Assembly (NCBI GenBank): GCA_045655865.1
Contig: JAZOQB010000035.1
Coordinates: forward strand, 1-61,863
DNA: 61,863 nucleotides
From: Eubacteriales bacterium
GTDB taxonomy: Bacteria; Bacillota; Clostridia; Oscillospirales; SIG627
Direction of reading: 5' to 3'
A program made the position numbers and the translations under genes. Numbering within the stretch: the stretch's first letter is position 1; every line of letters begins with the position of its first letter. The notes beneath the pieces are model-generated. The model searched no databases and had not been told where the DNA came from. It saw only the letters and a program-made list of their open reading frames with translations. This document shows positions 58,327 to 61,863 of the stretch, piece after piece.

Positions 58327-59661
58327 ATGCAAGCAAAAGTAGGTTTTGTTTCTCTGGGCTGCCCCAAAAACGAGGTGGACTGTGAAATGATGCTGGCCCG
58401 GGTCGCCCAGGCCGGCTATCAGATCGTGCCGGAGGATTATGAGGCGGACGTGGTCATTGTCAACACCTGCGCTTTTATTCAAAGCGCCAAGGAAGAAGCC
58501 ATCGAAAACGTCCTGGACCTTGCCTGGTTGAAAGAAAACCGCCGTCTTCGCGGGATCATTGTTACCGGTTGCCTGGCACAGCGTTACTTTGAAGAAGTAC
58601 AAAAGTCCTTACCGGAGGTGGACGCCGCCCTTTCCCTGGGAGCTGAGGTGCACATTGTAGAGGCCATTGAAAAGGTCCTCAAAGGAGAGAAGTGCTTTAT
58701 TCACAAAGAACCGGAAACGCTTGAGCTGGAAGGGGATCGGGTAGTCACCCACGATCATTTCGCCTATCTTCGCATTGCCGAGGGTTGTGACAATCGCTGC
58801 GCTTATTGTGCGATTCCCGGAATTCGCGGCTCCTTGCGTTCCCGCCCTATGGAAAATATTATCAAAGAGGCCGAAACTCTTTCGAAAATGGGGATCCGAG
58901 AGATCTGCGTGGTGGCTCAGGACACCACTGTTTACGGAAAGGATCTCTATGGACGCCTGGCTCTTCCCGAGCTTTTGGAACAACTGGCATCGCCATCTCT
59001 TGGCTTTCATTGGATTCGGTTATTGTATTGTTATCCTGATAAGGTCACAGACCGGCTCTGTCAGGTCATGGCCAAGCATGACAATATTTGTAAATACATC
59101 GACCTTCCCATTCAGCACATCTCCGATGCGGTGTTATCGAAAATGAATCGCCACGGCGGAAGCCAGGCTATTTATGACGCCATCTCTCGCTTGCGGAGCG
59201 CCATGCCGGACATTGCCATCCGTACTACGGTGATGGTGGGATTCCCCGGGGAAAAGGACCGCGATTTTTCGCTTCTTTCCGACTTTGTGAAGGAGACAAA
59301 GTTTGCCCACTTGGGCGCCTTTGTTTATTCTCGCGAAGAGGGGACTGCGGCATATTTGATGGAGAATCGAATCTCGAAAAAGACCCGCGAAGCAAGGCTC
59401 TCTTCCATCATGCAGACCCAATTGGGCATTACGGAAGAGTACCTAAAGGGGTTTGAGGGGAAGAAGATCTCAGTGCTTGTGGAAGGGTATGACCCGGGAA
59501 TCAAGCAGTATTTTGGCAGAACACAGTATCAAGCGCCGGAAATTGACGGCGTGGTGTATTTCACCTCTCCCCGAAAAGAAATTCCTGTGGGAGAACAGGT
59601 GACTGTTTTGGCAAAAGAGGCGATGGAATATGATCTTTTTGGAAAAGAGGTGAAAGAATGA
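58327..59661 (+). CDS. rimO: Ribosomal protein S12 methylthiotransferase RimO
   Basis: SLGCPKN.VD.E, NTC.FI..AK.E, AEGC...C.YC.IP, APEIDG. Confidence 0.95.
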   Translation: MQAKVGFVSLGCPKNEVDCEMMLARVAQAGYQIVPEDYEADVVIVNTCAFIQSAKEEAIENVLDLAWLKENRRLRGIIVTGCLAQRYFEEVQKSLPEVDAALSLGAEVHIVEAIEKVLKGEKCFIHKEPETLELEGDRVVTHDHFAYLRIAEGCDNRCAYCAIPGIRGSLRSRPMENIIKEAETLSKMGIREICVVAQDTTVYGKDLYGRLALPELLEQLASPSLGFHWIRLLYCYPDKVTDRLCQVMAKHDNICKYIDLPIQHISDAVLSKMNRHGGSQAIYDAISRLRSAMPDIAIRTTVMVGFPGEKDRDFSLLSDFVKETKFAHLGAFVYSREEGTAAYLMENRISKKTREARLSSIMQTQLGITEEYLKGFEGKKISVLVEGYDPGIKQYFGRTQYQAPEIDGVVYFTSPRKEIPVGEQVTVLAKEAMEYDLFGKEVKE

Positions 59662-60254
59662 ATCTGCCCAATAAGCTGACTTTGATTCGTGTTGCCATCA
59701 TTCCCTTTTTTCTCTTTTTCGGACTGTTTTGTTTTCCCGGTGAGTGGGGGGAGATCCTCTCTCGGTCGCTGGCGGCCCTTTTGTTTCTTGCCGCCGCTAT
59801 TACGGATTTTATTGACGGAAAGATTGCTCGCTCCCGTGGACTGATCACCGATTTTGGAAAGTTTATGGATCCTTTGGCGGATAAATTTCTGATTTTCGCT
59901 GCGATTTTGATTTTTATTTCCTCTTCCATGTACATGGCCGACGCCGCGCTTCACATTGCCCTGGTTATCAGCGGCGCCATTGTCATGTTTCGGGAATTGG
60001 CGGTGACCTCTCTTCGCCTGGTCGTGATGGGCAGTGATAAGCCTGTGGTCATTGCCGCCAGTTGGTACGGTAAGGCAAAAACCTTTTCCCAGTGCATCTG
60101 GGCCATGGTGATTATGTTGGAACCGGTTCTCCTGTTCTTTCTGCCTTTTCCTATCTTCTCCTGGATTTCCACCGTTGTGATGACGGTTTTGACTGTGCTT
60201 TCCGGTATCGATTATATGAAAGACTATTGGAGCTATTTGGATCCGAATAAATAA
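59658..60254 (+). CDS. pgsA: CDP-diacylglycerol--glycerol-3-phosphate 3-phosphatidyltransferase
   Basis: MNLPNKLT..R, TD..DG.IAR....T.FGKF.DPLADK, GK.KT. Confidence 0.95.
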   Translation: MNLPNKLTLIRVAIIPFFLFFGLFCFPGEWGEILSRSLAALLFLAAAITDFIDGKIARSRGLITDFGKFMDPLADKFLIFAAILIFISSSMYMADAALHIALVISGAIVMFRELAVTSLRLVVMGSDKPVVIAASWYGKAKTFSQCIWAMVIMLEPVLLFFLPFPIFSWISTVVMTVLTVLSGIDYMKDYWSYLDPNK

Positions 60255-60270
60255 ACGCTGAGGAGAATGC

Positions 60271-61671
60271 ATGAAACTGTTTAATGACTTGACCGGCAAG
60301 AAAGAAGAACTCGGTCAAAAAGAAAACTATGTGAGAATGTACGCTTGCGGACCCACGGTCTACAATTTTTTCCACGTGGGCAACGCTCGCTGTTTTGTTA
60401 CCTTTGATCTGCTCCGTCGGTATTTGGAATACCGGGGCAATCGGGTGGATTTCGTCCAGAATTTTACAGATATAGACGATAAGATGATCCGTCGTGCCGC
60501 GGAGGAAAATACCACCGTGAAAGATGTGGCCGATCGTTACATTGAAGAATATTTTAAAGACGCCAAGGGATTGGGGATCCGTCCTGCCACCTTCCATCCC
60601 CGTGCTACGGAGAATATCGACGCGATCATCCAGATCATTGAAACTTTGATCGAAAAGGGTCATGCCTATGAGTCTCAGGGAGATGTGTACTATGCCGCCC
60701 GCTCTTTCCGTGGCTACGGAAAGCTTTCCGGCAAAAATGTAGACGATCTGGAAAGCGGTGCTCGGATCGACGTTTCCGAAATCAAACGCGACCCCTTGGA
60801 TTTTGCTCTTTGGAAATCTTCCAAACCCGGAGAACCCGCCTGGGATTCTCCTTGGGGAAAGGGAAGACCCGGTTGGCACATTGAGTGCTCCGCTATGGTG
60901 GACCGATACCTGGGGAAAACCATTGACATTCATTGCGGCGGCGTGGATCTCACCTTCCCGCATCACGAAAATGAAATTGCCCAGTCCGAGGGCGCCTTTG
61001 ACGCCCCCTTCTGCCGCTTCTGGATTCACAACGGTTTTATCAACGTGGACAATAAGAAGATGAGCAAATCCCTGGGGAACTTTTTCACCGTTCGGGACGC
61101 CGCCGAAAAATACGGCTATCCTGCCATTCGCTATTTTATTCTCTCCGCTCACTATAAGAGCCCGGTAAATTTCTCCGCTGAGATTCTGGCCCAGGCACAG
61201 AATTCCGTGCAAAGGCTTTACAACTGTGAGGAGAATTTGCGATTCCTCCTAAAGAGCGCCGATGGGGAAAAGAGCGAAGAAGAAACAAAGTTCCTGCAGA
61301 GCCTTCAGGACAAGAGAGAAAAGTTCGTCCAGGTCATGGACGACGATTTCAATACCGCCGACGGCATTGCCACCCTTTTTGAGGCGGTGAAAGACATCAA
61401 CATCTTCGTAGCCTCTCCCCGCAGCCGTGAGTGCCTCCAGGAGATCCTTTCCTTCTATGAAGAGATCTGCGGCCTTTTGGGCTTTTTAAAGCCACAAGAG
61501 GAATCTCAGGGCGCTTTGGAGGACGAGGCCATCGAGGCCCTAATCTTGGAGAGAAGCCAGGCGAAAAAAGAAAAGAATTACGCCCGTGCCGATGAAATTC
61601 GCGCCGAATTGGCACAAAAGGGCATCGTGATCGAAGATACTCCTGCCGGTCCCAAGTGGCACCGCGCTTGA
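60271..61671 (+). CDS. cysS: Cysteine--tRNA ligase
   Basis: CGPTVY...HVGNAR, GRPGWHIECSAM, FPHHENE, KMSKS. Confidence 0.97.
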   Translation: MKLFNDLTGKKEELGQKENYVRMYACGPTVYNFFHVGNARCFVTFDLLRRYLEYRGNRVDFVQNFTDIDDKMIRRAAEENTTVKDVADRYIEEYFKDAKGLGIRPATFHPRATENIDAIIQIIETLIEKGHAYESQGDVYYAARSFRGYGKLSGKNVDDLESGARIDVSEIKRDPLDFALWKSSKPGEPAWDSPWGKGRPGWHIECSAMVDRYLGKTIDIHCGGVDLTFPHHENEIAQSEGAFDAPFCRFWIHNGFINVDNKKMSKSLGNFFTVRDAAEKYGYPAIRYFILSAHYKSPVNFSAEILAQAQNSVQRLYNCEENLRFLLKSADGEKSEEETKFLQSLQDKREKFVQVMDDDFNTADGIATLFEAVKDINIFVASPRSRECLQEILSFYEEICGLLGFLKPQEESQGALEDEAIEALILERSQAKKEKNYARADEIRAELAQKGIVIEDTPAGPKWHRA

Positions 61672-61713
61672 GAAAAGACCGATTCCAGTTCACAGAAAGA
61701 GAGGAAAAAGCGA

Positions 61714-61863
61714 ATGTTTCGAAACATGGATAAAAAATACTTTCATATCTTTTTGACCGTCTCTTCCTGTGTTCTTTTTTATTTTTTTCTTACCAATTTT
61801 TCAAGTGTCTTTGGCGTGATCCGTTCTCTTTTTCGGATCTGCAGCCCCCTTTTGTACGGTTTT
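61714..61863 (+). CDS. Membrane protein (AI-2E-like), partial, runs off window
   Basis: RBS GAGGA; MFRNMDKKYFHIFLTV...SPLLYGF, an N-terminus typical of AI-2E permeases. Confidence 0.55.
   Translation, partial: MFRNMDKKYFHIFLTVSSCVLFYFFLTNFSSVFGVIRSLFRICSPLLYGF

Noticed and set aside
1..61863. CRISPR array, rRNA, tmRNA, transposase, integrase or prophage genes
   Set aside because: No regularly spaced repeats or corresponding motifs seen; smpB has no adjacent ssrA in this window

Overview
Chromosomal window from a spore-forming Clostridia-class bacterium (Oscillospiraceae-like gene order and style; inferred). It is mostly housekeeping genes for translation, repair, sporulation and envelope: typA, spoIIR-ispE-plsY-der, yceD-rpmF, yqfC/D-phoH-ybeY-era-recO-mutS2, rpsF-ssb-rpsR-secG-rpmB, tmk-mltG-rmuC-smpB-lepA-hemW and prmC-recA-prs-recX-rimO-pgsA-cysS. 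There are two tRNA genes (partial Leu-CAG at the left edge; Pro-TGG). An accessory mosaic at about 13.4-27.6 kb ends at the tRNA-Pro 3' end. It holds an orphan cpsC/cpsD pair, a decaying nucleotide-sugar/polysaccharide locus with two gene remnants, and the most unusual item in the window: a ~736-aa protein made of three tandem QueG/reductive-dehalogenase-like (cobalamin/Fe-S) modules, divergent from an AraC regulator with a 21-bp-phased direct-repeat operator. A stand-alone 49-aa peptide gene with a YxxPxL RiPP-type leader is a second lead. No CRISPR array, rRNA, intact integrase or transposase was seen. All family assignments come from motif recognition by eye, not database searches.
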